A stretch of DNA of 64,000 bases. It comes from Octopus sinensis (lineage: Eukaryota). Positions 50,163 through 62,530 of this stretch are shown here, piece by piece. Numbering within the stretch: position 1 is the first letter of the stretch; each line of letters opens with the position of its first letter. A model generated the notes under the pieces. It saw only the letters and a list, made by a program, of their open reading frames with translations. It did not search any database and was not told the DNA's origin. The position numbers and the translations under genes were made by a program. The DNA is taken from assembly GCF_006345805.1 (NCBI RefSeq), contig NC_042999.1, positions 63,178,001 through 63,242,000 on the forward strand. The letters run 5' to 3'.

Positions 50163-50821
50163 TATACCAATGAATCACCAAGCAAAATCAACTGTACAAT
50201 AATACTCTCGCTGTTACCAGTGGAGGAATTGTTGGGGAGTGTTGCATTTGGGTAATGATAAATATTTACAGTTAGGCTGGTTGAGCCACTGAAAGTTAAA
50301 TAACTCCTAAAGTACACATCATAGCAGCGAAATCCAGGATATGAACAGTGTAACCTTTGCCTGGTAGCCCAGCAATCTATCAAGTCAGGTGCCACACACA
50401 CACACACACACACACGCACGAGTGCAGACTAGTTTTGTTTCAAATACATGTGCAACACTTTCTTCTCTTCTCTTTTAAACAAATAGAAACAAATAACAAA
50501 CAAAAAAAAAGGATTTACTTAATTGGTCACATAATTTCATTATTATATTATAGAGGGTAAGAGAGGGGACGAGTATTTGGTAGACAGTAAAGCAAATCTC
50601 TGTAACAATCTATTTCTAGTTGACATGTTGATTAAGCAAAGAGATCTCCTGACCGATGACCCTAGGGACATTAAATAACAGCTCCTCTGACCTGACCTTA
50701 ACACATTCCTCAAATTGTCTGATATCAACCTCTCATGGTCCAACAAGCAGACTATCTCTGCTGTACATTCCACAAATCGCAACACAACTGTATTATGAAA
50801 GATATATCATAAACAATTCTT

Positions 50822-51180
50822 TTACTCTTTTACTTGTTTCAGTCATTTGACTGCGGCCATGCTGGAGCACCGCCTTTAATCGAGCAAATCGACTTATTCT
50901 TTGTAAGCCTAGTACTTATTCTATCGGTTCTCTTTTGCCGAACCGCTAAGTTATGGGGACGTAAATACCAGCATCGCTTGTCAAGCGATGTTGGGGAAAC
51001 AAACACAGACACACATATATACGACGAGCTTCTTTCAGTTTCCGCCTACCAAATCCACTCACAAGGCTTTGGTTGACCTGAGGCTATAGTAGAAGACACT
51101 TGCCCAAGGTGCCATGCAGTGGGAATGAACTCGGAACCATGTGGTTGGTAAGCAAGCTACTTACCACACAGCCACTCCTG
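50822..51180 (-). mobile_element. SINE family A, young, full length
   Basis: Colinear with the 19089 copy. Confidence 0.9.
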
Positions 51181-51699
51181 GCAATTTATGAATATATCAA
51201 TGGCCAAACATGTAATCATAAAGGAACTGATTTCTAACTCTCACCTTCTTACCAACCTGCAGTGGTACAGCATTTTGTTTGGAAGGGACATGGAGGTAGA
51301 TGTGAGATAACCATATATACAAACATGCATACACATACACACAGACAAGACTGAAAGATATTAAACATTTGTGTGTGTGTTTGTGTGCATTTGTGTAGGA
51401 AAACAGATGACGAAGGAATAACCTTATACACACATATTATAAAGCCTTAGCTATGGTAATGAATTACATATAAGCATGGAGGCATACTCCCGCTATGCTT
51501 TCAATGTGAAGAGGAAAAATGTAGGGAAGACTCCTGATAGACATGTTTCCAATTTGCTGATCATTTGGGTGTATGTACCTTGAGATGCAATCCACAAAAA
51601 GTGAAATGGAGACCTCTTCCTTCACTTTTCTGTACATCAAAAGACATAAAGAATGTCTTTACATTTCTATTTGGTTCCTTATCTCAGTTAAGGCTTTCA

Positions 51700-52235
51700 T
51701 CATCATCATCATCATCGTTTAACGTCCGCCTTCCATGCTAGCATGGGTTGGACGATTTTGAGTGAGGGCTGGCGAACCAGATGGCCGCACCAGGCTCTAA
51801 TCTTGATCTGGCAGAGTTTCTACAGCGGGATGCCCTTCCTAACGCCAACCACTCCGAGAGTGTAGTGGGTGCTTTTTGCATGCCACTGGCACGGGGCCAG
51901 TCAGGTGGTACTGGCAATGACCTCGCTCGAATCTTTTTACACATGCCACTGGCACAGGTGCCAGTAAGGCGACGTTGGTAACAATCACGCTTGAATAGTG
52001 CCCTTTTACGTGCCACCGGCACGGAAGCCAGTTGCCTGCTCTGGCAATGATCACGCTCGGATGGTACTCTTGGCACCCTACTAGCACGGGCACAAGTGCT
52101 AGTAAGGCGACGCTGGTAACGATCACACTCGAATGGTGCCCTTTTATGTCCCACTGGCACGGAAGCTGGTCAGCTGCTCTGTCAACGATCACCCTCATAT
52201 GGTGCTCTTTGCACCCTGCTAGCACAGCTGCCAGT
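51700..52235 (-). mobile_element. SINE family B tail with internal VNTR and (GAT)n end
   Basis: GGCGTTAGGAAGGGCATCC...CCATGCTAGCATGGAAGGCGGACGTTAAACGATGAT; ~55-70-bp monomers forming a 138-bp higher-order repeat. Confidence 0.85.
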
Positions 52236-52587
52236 CGTCGAATTTGATTTCTATTATATAAATCCATTTCAGTATGTCTGATTCACACTGCATTGTGTAT
52301 TATATGTATATATACGTATATACACATATATATAATGCGTATATATGTACATAATGTGTGCATATGTGGTTGGATTGAGCTGAAAATATGCACACCTATG
52401 TTAAAAGTGCTAGCAAGTTTGCATGGCAACTTTGAGTTTGCTCAATTGAAAGGCATGGCCTCTAGGGCAAAATTCCTCATCTTTTAAAATGTGGCCCGCG
52501 TACACCCGAATGAAATCAGGTTATAATACTGAAACAAGTAAAACAATAATAAACTATTTTAATCCTGAGCAAGGCCGGGTATATCTG

Positions 52588-53085
52588 TCTAATATATAAA
52601 ATGAAGAAGCTGAACGTTGATAAAAAGTGGATTTTTATGTAAAATGGGGTCTAAATGGGGCTGGAAAGAGATTAAAATTTACAGGAGGGGGTAACTTGAG
52701 GTGAGAAATTGATTGGGAGACGTTTTGGGGCACTACAGTGGTTGCTTTGCTGTGAAAACGAGGATTTTATTGATTTTGGGGGACACCTGGGGGGTCTAGA
52801 TTGGACACCTTTTGCCCGATTTCAATCAAATTTTCAACATGGTAAAGTGGAAGCAGATTTGTAATTTAAGCGCGGAAATCTAATTTTTTATAAATGGGAG
52901 AGAGATAGATAGAGAAAGATACAGAGTAAGAGAAAGCAAAGGAGAGTCCGAGAGAAAGGAAGAGTAAGAGAGTGGGAAATTGAGAGAGAAAGGAGAGAGA
53001 AACAAAGAAGGGGAATGTGGTGATAAGTAACAGAAAGTAACAACCACACCCTCACCCGTGCGTACAGCAGGTCACCTTAAGCTAG
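52588..53085 (+). mobile_element. Non-autonomous Helitron fused behind the 3' hairpin of another
   Basis: 5' TCTAATATATAAAATG; 3' hairpin ACCCGTGCGTACAGCAGGT then CTAG|T. Confidence 0.7.
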
Positions 53086-53162
53086 TCTGTTAATATCCAC
53101 AGAATTCATAAACAGAAATTTTAAGATGGCATGAACTAGCTTTAATAGAAATCACTAAAACT

Positions 53163-53320
53163 GTTTCTGTACATTAGTATCAGCTAGTAATTGCTGAGTG
53201 TTTCACATATCATACATATTGCATTAATATCATCCAACAATAACTGCGTACCTGTATGTCTACAGGTGAGTAGGTTTGAGAACACTCAACAATTGCTAGC
53301 TGATACTAATGCACAGAAAC
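53163..53320. repeat. 41-bp inverted repeat (4 mismatches, 76-bp spacer)
   Basis: GTTTCTGTACATTAGTATCAGCTAGTAATTGCTGAGTGTTT versus the reverse complement of 53280-53320. Confidence 0.85.
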
Positions 53321-53593
53321 AATTGCTGTAATATGGATTAAGTTCTGTTCATTCCATCTTCATGGGTTGGACAGCTTGAAATAGAACTGATAAAACCAGG
53401 GGCCACATCAGTCACATGTATGTATGAGTACATTTCATGTTATACTAAAAAGCAATACAATGTGCCAAAATTTTTGACTGGAACCAAATATAACAAAATT
53501 CTCTGAATCCGTGTTAGAATAACGGTGTAAGTGGAGCTATTCAGTCACATAAGTCGTAATAATAAAGTCAAACCAAATAGTGATATTTGGAAA

Positions 53594-54918
53594 CCCCCCC
53601 TCTTTTTACATTGTCTGTCTGGACTCCTATGCATACTTAAGCTAGTATCCTGCCTCATTCTTGATTCCGAATTCCTTTTGCCAAGACTGTCCGTAAACGA
53701 AGTGATCCCAAGATAAGAAATCCTTGAACTTTAATTCATCCCGTATTTCTATTTATTAATTATTATTATTATTCTGATCCCCCTAGACGCCACTCTGTTT
53801 ACTACTTCAGCCTCGCCTCGTTTTTGCATATTCTGTATAATTCACTAGTTATCGTTATAGATATTTAAGATCTATTCTCCCTTACAGGGCTGATAGAAAT
53901 TGGCTGCCGATTCTTCGCGCCCTTCTCTCCCCCTCTTTTTACATTGTCTGTCTGGACTCCTATGCATACTTAAGCTAGTATCCTGCCTCATTCTTGATTC
54001 CGAATTCCTTTTGCCAAGACTGTCCGTAAACGAAGTGATCCCAAGATAAGAAATCCTTGAACTTTAATTCATCCCGTATTTCTATTTATTAATTATTATT
54101 ATTATTCTGATCCCCCTAGACGCCACTCTGTTTACTACTTCAGCCTCGCCTCGTTTTTGCATATTCTGTATAATTCACTAGTTATCGTTATAGATATTTA
54201 AGATCTATTCTCCCTTACAGGGCTGATAGAAATTGGCTGCCGATTCTTCGCGCCCTTCTCTCCCCCTCTTTTTACATTGTCTGTCTGGACTCCTATGCAT
54301 ACTTAAGCTAGTATCCTGCCTCATTCTTGATTCCGAATTCCTTTTGCCAAGACTGTCCGTAAACGAAGTGATCCCAAGATAAGAAATCCTTGAACTTTAA
54401 TTCATCTCGTATTTCTATTTATTAATTATTATTATTATTCTGATCCCCCTAGACGCCACTCTGTTTACTACTTCAGCCTCGCCTCGTTTTTGCATATTCT
54501 GTATAATTCACTAGTTATCGTTATAGATATTTAAGATCTATTCTCCCTTACAGGGCTGATAGAAATTGGCTGCCGATTCTTCGCGCCCTTCTCTCCCCCT
54601 CTTTTTACATTGTCTGTCTGGACTCCTATGCATACTTAAGCTAGTATCCTGCCTCATTCTTGATTCCGAATTCCTTTTGCCAAGACTGTCCGTAAACGAA
54701 GTGATCCCAAGATAAGAAATCCTTGAACTTTAATTCATCCCGTATTTCTATTTATTAATTATTATTATTATTCTGATCCCCCTAGACGCCACTCTGTTTA
54801 CTACTTCAGCCTCGCCTCGTTTTTGCATATTCTGTATAATTCACTAGTTATCGTTATAGATATTTAAGATCTATTCTCCCTTACAGGGCTGATAGAAATT
54901 GGCTGCCGATTCTTCGCG
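53594..54918. repeat. Tandem array, 333-bp unit, ~4 near-identical copies
   Basis: Anchor TCTTTTTACATTGTC at 53601, 53934, 54267, 54600. Confidence 0.97.
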
Positions 54919-55004
54919 GCGCGCCCGCCCTCCCCACCCCCACCACCCCCACCACCAATACCGAATATCTCTATTTTGCTCCAACTATACCGGATGTCGT
55001 TTCT

Positions 55005-55640
55005 CCCACCACCATTATAGATGTCTACTCTTTGAACCCCCCATCTTCAATACGCTATTTCACCATGCATTACTCCTCTCTCGATATCCTACGTTCTACT
55101 TGCCTAGAACCTGTCCTCTGAACCACCCCTCCCACTGGTGCTCCCCTATATTTCTGCACCCCCCCACCACCATTATAGGTGTCTACTCTTTGAACCCCCC
55201 TCTTCAATACGCTATTTCACCATGCATTACCCCTCTCTCGATATCCTACGTTCTACTTGCCTAGAACCTGTCCTCTGAACCACCCCTCCCACTGGTGCTC
55301 CCCTATATTTCTGCACCCCCCCACCACCATTATAGGTGTCTACTCTTTGAACCCCCCTCTTCAATACGCTATTTCACCATGCATTACCCCTCTCTCGATA
55401 TCCTACGTTCTACTTGCCTAGAACCTGTCCTCTGAACCACCCCTCCCACTGGTGCTCCCCTATATTTCTGCACCCCCCCACCACCATTATAGGTGTCTAC
55501 TATTTGAAGCCCCCTCTTCAATACGCTATTTCACCATGCATTACCCCTCTCTCGGTATCCTACGTTCTACTTGCCTAGTACCTGTCCTCTGAACCATCCC
55601 TCCCACTGGTGCTCCCCTATATTTCTGCACCCCCCCCCCA
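55005..55640. repeat. Tandem array, 157-bp unit, ~4 copies
   Basis: Anchor CTGTCCTCTG at 55111, 55268, 55425, 55582. Confidence 0.95.
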
Positions 55641-55882
55641 TAAAAAGCACCATCCGAACGTGGCCGATGCCAGACCCCTCTGGCACCTGTGCAGGTGGCA
55701 CGTAAAAAACACCCACTACACTCGCGGAGTGGTTGGCGTTAGGAAGGGCATCCAGCTGTAGAAACACTGCCAGACTAGACTGGAGCCTGGGGCAGTCCCG
55801 AGCTCCCCAGACCCCGGTCGAAACCGTCCAACCCGTGCTAGCGCGGAAAACGGACGTTAAATGATGATGATGATGATGATGA
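55640..55882 (+). mobile_element. SINE family B tail abutting the 157-bp array
   Basis: VNTR monomer start TAAAAAGCACCATCCGAACGTGGCCG, B body, (GAT)n. Confidence 0.85.
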
Positions 55883-56321
55883 TTTAATATGCACTTTTCA
55901 TGTCATGTGTAATGAATGTATTGCCTATTATATTTTAAGCAAACCTGAAGCATGTGTATTAAACAATTTCAGAATCATTAGCATGCTGGGCAAAATGCTT
56001 AGTGGTATTTTGTCCATCTTCACACTCTGAGTTCAAATTCCATCAAGGTTGACTTTGCCTTTCATCCTTTCGGAGTTGATAAATTAAGTACCAGTGAAAC
56101 ACTGGGGTCAATGTAATCAGCAAGTCCACTCCCGCCAAATTTCAAGTCTAGTGCCTTTCGTAGAAAGGATTATTACAACTTATACACACATTGATTAATA
56201 AATTTATATCTATCAATCTATCTATCTATATTTACTTGTATATAGATCACAATCCAGTTTTTTTCAGTTAAAATCAAATCCAAAATAGTGCAACTTATAC
56301 ATGAGTAAATGAGTAAATACG

Positions 56322-56383
<62 letters not shown>

Positions 56384-57669
56384 CATCAACCCATACACAT
56401 GTTTATTGCATTACCCAAAATTACAAATTTAAGTACTGAGTAGATATGGTACCAACAACTCACAAAAATAGGCTGTTAACTTTGCAGCCAGAAGCTGCAA
56501 CACTTGATCTCTTTAATCAATACAGAGTGAGTCAGATCAGAATTATTTGATTAATATAGACATCAGCAACAGAGACAAATTTTAAAAGTGAGTGTTCAAG
56601 ATGTATCTAATCCAAATCACTCATTTGTTATTCATTTTGTGTCTAATCATTTGTCTTTGACTCAGTGGCAAGATGAGGTGCAGCTGTGTGACTATTACAA
56701 ATGCTGCCATAAATCACAACCTCCCACTATCACAACAGCAAATCAAAATTTTTTCAGGAGAATTTCACAAATGATTCAAGAATGCCGTCAGCTGGGTACT
56801 CTGTTACCAAGCTGTTCTAACAGTAGCATCTAATTTCTAATTTAGATTCATTTCAGCAAACACAGATAAGTGCCAACTACATGACACAATACAACAATTA
56901 TAGTGAAATATGAACTTCGAAACCTTGTGCCAAGAATCCAAATATTTACCTTGTCAGTCATTGTACTAACATTGACATGTAGCAATAAACTTACACTCAA
57001 CTCCCCAAAACCACCATCATCATCATCATCATCCTCATCGTTGTTTTAGTGTCCACTTTTCCACCCTTGCACAGGTCAGATAGAATTTGTTGAGGCAGAT
57101 TCTCTACAACTTCATCCCTTCCTGTTGACAACCCTCACCCATTTCTGCGTAAGCTAATATTCTCCCATGGCTGGACATGTTTTTCACAAAAGATTGGAAA
57201 TGAAGGACACTGCTTGTATGACAGTGACACTTGTTTACGACTACCATGCAATGCCAAGAAAAGGAGAGAACAAATCTCTCTCTCTCACACACACATACAG
57301 TATATATATATTATATATATATATATATATACATATACACACACACACACACACACCTTGGGCTAAACAATTTTACAATACTTTGGTTGGTCCACTGCTA
57401 TAGTATGAGACATTTGCCAAAAGTGCCACACAGTGGGACTGAACCCAGAACCAAGTGGTTGGGTAACAATTTTCTTAACCACTCAGCAATGCCTGCAACT
57501 GTGCATCAAAGTATTTGTACCTTAACCATTTAGGGAGATAAAATTTTCTTAAGACTCAATAAGCCATGCAAATTAACCTCCTACTTCACTGGTAAAGAAA
57601 AACAGAAATGAATAAAAGAAATATAATTATAAAGAAAAAATATAAATGACAAAAAAACTCTAAATTTTG

Positions 57670-57724
<55 letters not shown>

Positions 57725-58044
57725 TTGATATGCACTTTGGTCAACATCTGTGAACTGTATCTATGTGCCTAGTTTATGATATTATTTGCAAATGTTGATG
57801 TGATTTTACATGATTGCAAGTGATTTTGCATCTATTTAAGGTGACAACCAGTTTGATATCAAAAGACAATTTCATGTGGAATACAATGGAGAAGTACAGC
57901 ACTGAGTTATGACCTGCCACAAGTTAGGAACTTACTGTTGTGGGCTCTCTTTACTCTTTTACTTGTTTCAGTCATTTAACTGTGGCCATGCTGGAGCACC
58001 GCCTTTAAGCTGCTGTAATTTACACAACAATCTTTTCATTAGTG

Positions 58045-58205
58045 TATACTTGGGAGGAGTCATCAACCTGAGAGGGTAGAATAGATCAGGACATGACAAG
58101 AAGACTTGCGAAAGCAAAAGCCGCCTTCAGGATGCACAGCCCCATCTGGAGGTCACAGACCTTGTCCACCAAGCACAAAATTCTGCATCTTTAACATAAA
58201 CGATA
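58045..58205 (+). mobile_element. RTE-clade LINE small fragment
   Basis: YLGGVI and RRLAKAKAAFRMHSPIWRSQTLSTKHKI resemble the RTE thumb region. Confidence 0.65.
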
Positions 58206-58547
58206 CTGAGCTCACCAGTCTAACAACGAACGATCAATTACTCCGAATGATCAACTAATGATCAATTTCTAATATAAACACAAGGAATTACAGATAAGAA
58301 ATAAAACCGTAGGGAGCGAGCATAGATTTGATGTTCAAAACAGCCGACATTGCTTACAAGGGCAAGGGAAATAATTCTATATTAGCGAGTGTGTGTATGT
58401 GTGTGAGCGCGCGCATGTCTAATTTAGTCTATTAAAATTTAAATATCATTTCTGAACTTTATTACATTACATTTAGTCAATGCTTTTTTGTTTTAAACCA
58501 TGAGTTACACGATAACATTAAGTTGAAGCTGTTAACTCTATCGTAGC

Positions 58548-58607
<60 letters not shown>

Positions 58608-60033
58608 TATATATAATTATCTCCCTTACATTTATATACAATGTTATTGCATTAGTTATCTCCCTTAATTAATATACCTCACACTTCGCGGTTTTCTTCA
58701 ATTGGTCAGCACCACCCAAATAAAATATTTCATTAAGACAATCGAATCATTCAGATACTGGATACTTCGCAATATACAATTCAATACGTCACTATTTTTC
58801 ATTCATGAAGAGTGCGCCTAACTTTACTTCTGTTTCTCTCTAAGGTCAAGAACAAATTATAATCAACCATACACCCCACTCAATGAAAATTCATAAAAAC
58901 AAAATTGTCTTCAAACACACCACTGACATTATATCATAGTATTATGTACGGACATGAAGGAATATGTTACTGGTATTGTGATAAAGGGAAAATAAATTGT
59001 GAAGATAAATCAGAAATCTCTCTCTCTCAAAGGACAGGACACTGGATTACATCAGATAAATTTTCAAGGAACCTCCATAAACAATTTCCACAATAGTAAG
59101 TCCAATATCCTAGCTGTGCAATAATATGCTCAAGTTAAATGAGGAAGCTTTTTTTTTTTTTAATTTTTTATTATAGACTCGTTTTTTTTATTATTGGAAC
59201 TTTAAGGTTATCAAACAATCCTTTCAACTGTTATAAGCTCTAAAATTTGTGGGGAGGCAAGTTGATTAGATCAACCCCGGTGTTCAACTGGTACTTATTT
59301 TATCAACCCTGAAAGGATGAAAGGCCAAGTTGACTTTGGTATCATTTGAACTCAGAATATAAAGGCAGCAGAAACACTGCTAAGCATTTTGTCTAGCATG
59401 CTCGCTCACCACCTTCAGTTATTAAGGATTAAAAGAAACAAAATTATTTCAATTAAAAGTATAGTGCTTAGGATATAATTAAGGATACCAAACTATGAAA
59501 ATGGAAGATGTACACACACAATAAATATACAGAGATATGATCATCATTTTAATGTTCAGTTTCCCATTTTTGCATGAGTCAAGAGAGAATGATTTGAAAC
59601 AGATTTTCTATGGCTGGATGCCCTTCCTGCTGCCAACCCTTACTTGTTTTTAAGCAAGATAATATTTCTCTATGGCCAGACAGGTTTTCGAGATAGATTG
59701 GAAACAAAGGATAGCAATTATATGACAGTGATACAATTCTCAAATGACATCACAGTGAGGAGGTACAAACACACTCATACTAACTTATGTATACATATGC
59801 ATCTACACACACACACACACATACACACAAAACGTGTTTTTTCAGTTTTAATCACCAGATCCACTCACAAGGCTCTAGTTGGCCTGGGGCAATAGAAGAC
59901 ACTTGCCCAAGATGCCACACAGTAGAACTGAATCCAAAACTATGTGATTAAGAAGCAAACTTCTTAACCCCAACAGCCATGGCTGCACCCACATACATAC
60001 TGTCTATACATACATGCACATATACACATGCAT

Positions 60034-60326
60034 ATCACCGGGACCGGGACCGAACAGGCCATCTGATGTTGCTACACATCGCTGGTCACAATGCGCTTCG
60101 CATTGTTTTAGCCTGCAAATGACGCCACCCTGCTGGCTAAGCGAGCAGGCCAACAGAAGAAAGAGTGAGAGAAAGTTGTGGCGAAAGAGTACAATAGGGA
60201 TCCCCCCCCCCCGTCGGAGCCTTGTGGAGCTTTAGGTGTTTTCGCTCTATAAACACTCGCAACGCCTGGCCTGGGAATCAAAACCGCAAATCCGTTGCCC
60301 TAACAACCGGGCCATTGCGCCTCCAC
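60034..60326 (-). mobile_element. SINE family G with a tail shared with 47360-47470
   Basis: Tail CAGGGTGGCGTCATTTG...TGACCAGCGATGT resembles 47383-47450. Confidence 0.75.
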
Positions 60327-60699
60327 ACATATGCATATATACATGTAATTATATATATATATGTGAGTGTCTATTTACACAAATATTAATTAAATTTTTT
60401 TTACATTGGCATAAACTCAAGAATTCTAGGAGAGTACACTAGGAGTGTAAAGAGTGCAGCAGATAATTAAGTCAATTGGATACTATGCAAACATAAGTGT
60501 TGCTTTGCATTCATGACCAAGATACTTAACTCTTAAAAACCAAGTTCACACTGCTGTAAGTATGTGCTGCAGGTGGTATGACCTCAAGACTCCTAAGTAA
60601 ACTGTACCATTGTGGAAGTAATGAATGATTACCGTGTTTTGCAGTGCCAAGTCCAATTACTCATGTGGTATCTTCATCCTCATCATCACCACCATCTCA

Positions 60700-61100
60700 T
60701 CATCATCGTCGCTTAACGTCCGCTTTCCATGCTGGCATGGGTTGGACGGTTTGACTGGGGACTGGTGAGTCAGATGGCTGCACCAGACTCCAATCTGATC
60801 TGGCAGAGTTTCTACAGCTGGATGCCCTTCCTAACACCAACCACTCCAAGAGTGTAGTGAGTGCTTTTACGTACCACAAGCACGAGGGCCAGTCAGGTGG
60901 TACTGGCAACAGCCATGCTCAAGTGGTGTTTTTTTACATGCCACCTGCATAGGAGCCAGTCCAGAGGCACTGGTAATGATTACACTTGAATGGTGCTTTA
61001 TACATGCCACTGGCACGAGGGCCAGTCAGCAGCCCTGGCAACGATCATGCTCGGATGGTACTCTTAGCACTCCACTAGCACGGATACCAGTCATGTGGTG
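60700..61100 (-). mobile_element. SINE family B tail with VNTR
   Basis: Same modules as 51700-52235. Confidence 0.8.
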
Positions 61101-61360
61101 CTGTCATCAAATTTGTTATTCTCAGATATTTGATGAGTCAATAAGAGAATCTTTTCATAGTCACTTGACCTTCTAAAAATAGTGCTTTTTACATGACAGG
61201 CTTCTTTTAGTTTCCATTTACCAAATTGACTCACAAGGGCCTGGTGATATAGAAGAAGATACTTGCCGAATTTGTCCTGCAGTGGGACTGAACACCAAAC
61301 CAGATGGTTAGGAAGCAAATTTCTTATCACACAGTCATGCCCGTGCTTAGGGTTCTAGAT

Positions 61361-61467
61361 CAGACATGGGCAACCTTTTTGAGAAGCAGACCACATGAGA
61401 CATGAAGGTAAATTTTCATTGGACATGCCATTCAGAAAGTCCTGTGGGCTGCACTTGCCCATGTCTG
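61361..61467. mobile_element. hAT (Charlie-like) MITE
   Basis: Perfect 13-bp TIR CAGACATGGGCAA; 8-bp TSD ttctagat / ttccagat. Confidence 0.85.
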
Positions 61468-61559
61468 TTCCAGATACACAAAATGTTGACAAGATGGCCA
61501 TGGCTGGAAATACTTTCATTCATTGATCTGTACGACAAGGTTGATTTGGGACCAAATAA

Positions 61560-61792
61560 TAATAGCTAACCAACATCATGAGGGAGCATCTATAAGATCA
61601 CTCAATTTGCTAGAAAATACAGCCATCCAAATCACACACCCTACTGTCTTAAAAAGGAAGGACATATTGGATAATGTAGCCCCTTATATATTATGCCTGA
61701 AAAAGAAAATAAACAAAAATAACAGGACAGCTAGATGGATGCCTTTGATCATAAGTTTGTTCAATGAGGCTTACCTGGGGTTAAACAACAAT
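61560..61792 (+). repeat. Unclassified interspersed repeat family J (pieces also at ~21035, 27500-27700, 34915, 48770-48990, 61985-62190, 63000)
   Basis: Recurrent GAGGGAGATTTGGCTGCTATTTCTAG and CTATGATCAAAGG-type motifs across the window. Confidence 0.6.
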
Positions 61793-62334
61793 ACCAAATA
61801 CAAGCACAGTCAATATTTACTCAGAAGAGGTACAAGCTTACAATTTCAGGAACTAAATGGAATTGGCAAAAATAAATAAGTAAAATTTAAAAAAAACGAC
61901 ATCCCTACACATCTTTAGTCCCTATGGGTCATCATTATCAACTGAAAGTTAGCTGAAATTCCAAAGGATTAATTTCAACAATCTTATTTGTCCCAGATAA
62001 GCCCTGATCAAGCGGATCTACAAGAGCTGACATTCCAACTGAGGCTAACCAGTCTGTTATGTATCATTCTATTTATTTATTGGTTTATTTATTTATTTCT
62101 GGCATGGACTACACTGAAAAATATATTTTTCATTTTCTAAGATAGTGATCAGGAAAATTTTGGCTGCTATATCTAGCACCTCCAGCAGCTGAACAGAGGT
62201 TCCCATTATGGCTAGTTTGAAACTAAATTGTCAGTCCTGAAGTAATCTTGTGACAAAAAATTCTCTGTCCTGACCATCTTGTCTTCTTTGTGTTGTGTAC
62301 CACAATCTACATTGCTACACACACACACACACAT

Positions 62335-62530
62335 GACCTCGTGAGTACCACCGGCGATTTTTTCTCTCTGTCTTCCCTTCTCGGGATCTTTCCTTCTCCT
62401 ATGTTTCCGACGAAGAGCTCCGCTTGAAACGTTAAACCCTCCTTCTTCCCTTCTTTCCTGAGCGTCCAATAATACTTTATTTGTTCCACGTCCTTACGTT
62501 GTTGTGTTTTTTTTGTTTTCTTGTTTGGAT

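Noticed and set aside
53594-55640. Arrays as CRISPR, coding repeats or retrozymes
   Set aside because: There are no unique spacers, stop codons occur in the frames checked, and no ribozyme consensus was found on either strand by eye.
61699-61777. Apparent mini-intron or recursive splice site (CCCCAG|GTAAG ... TTTCAG) on the minus strand
   Set aside because: It lies within repeat family J (related sequence at 27500, 48770, 61990), and the flanking frames contain stops.
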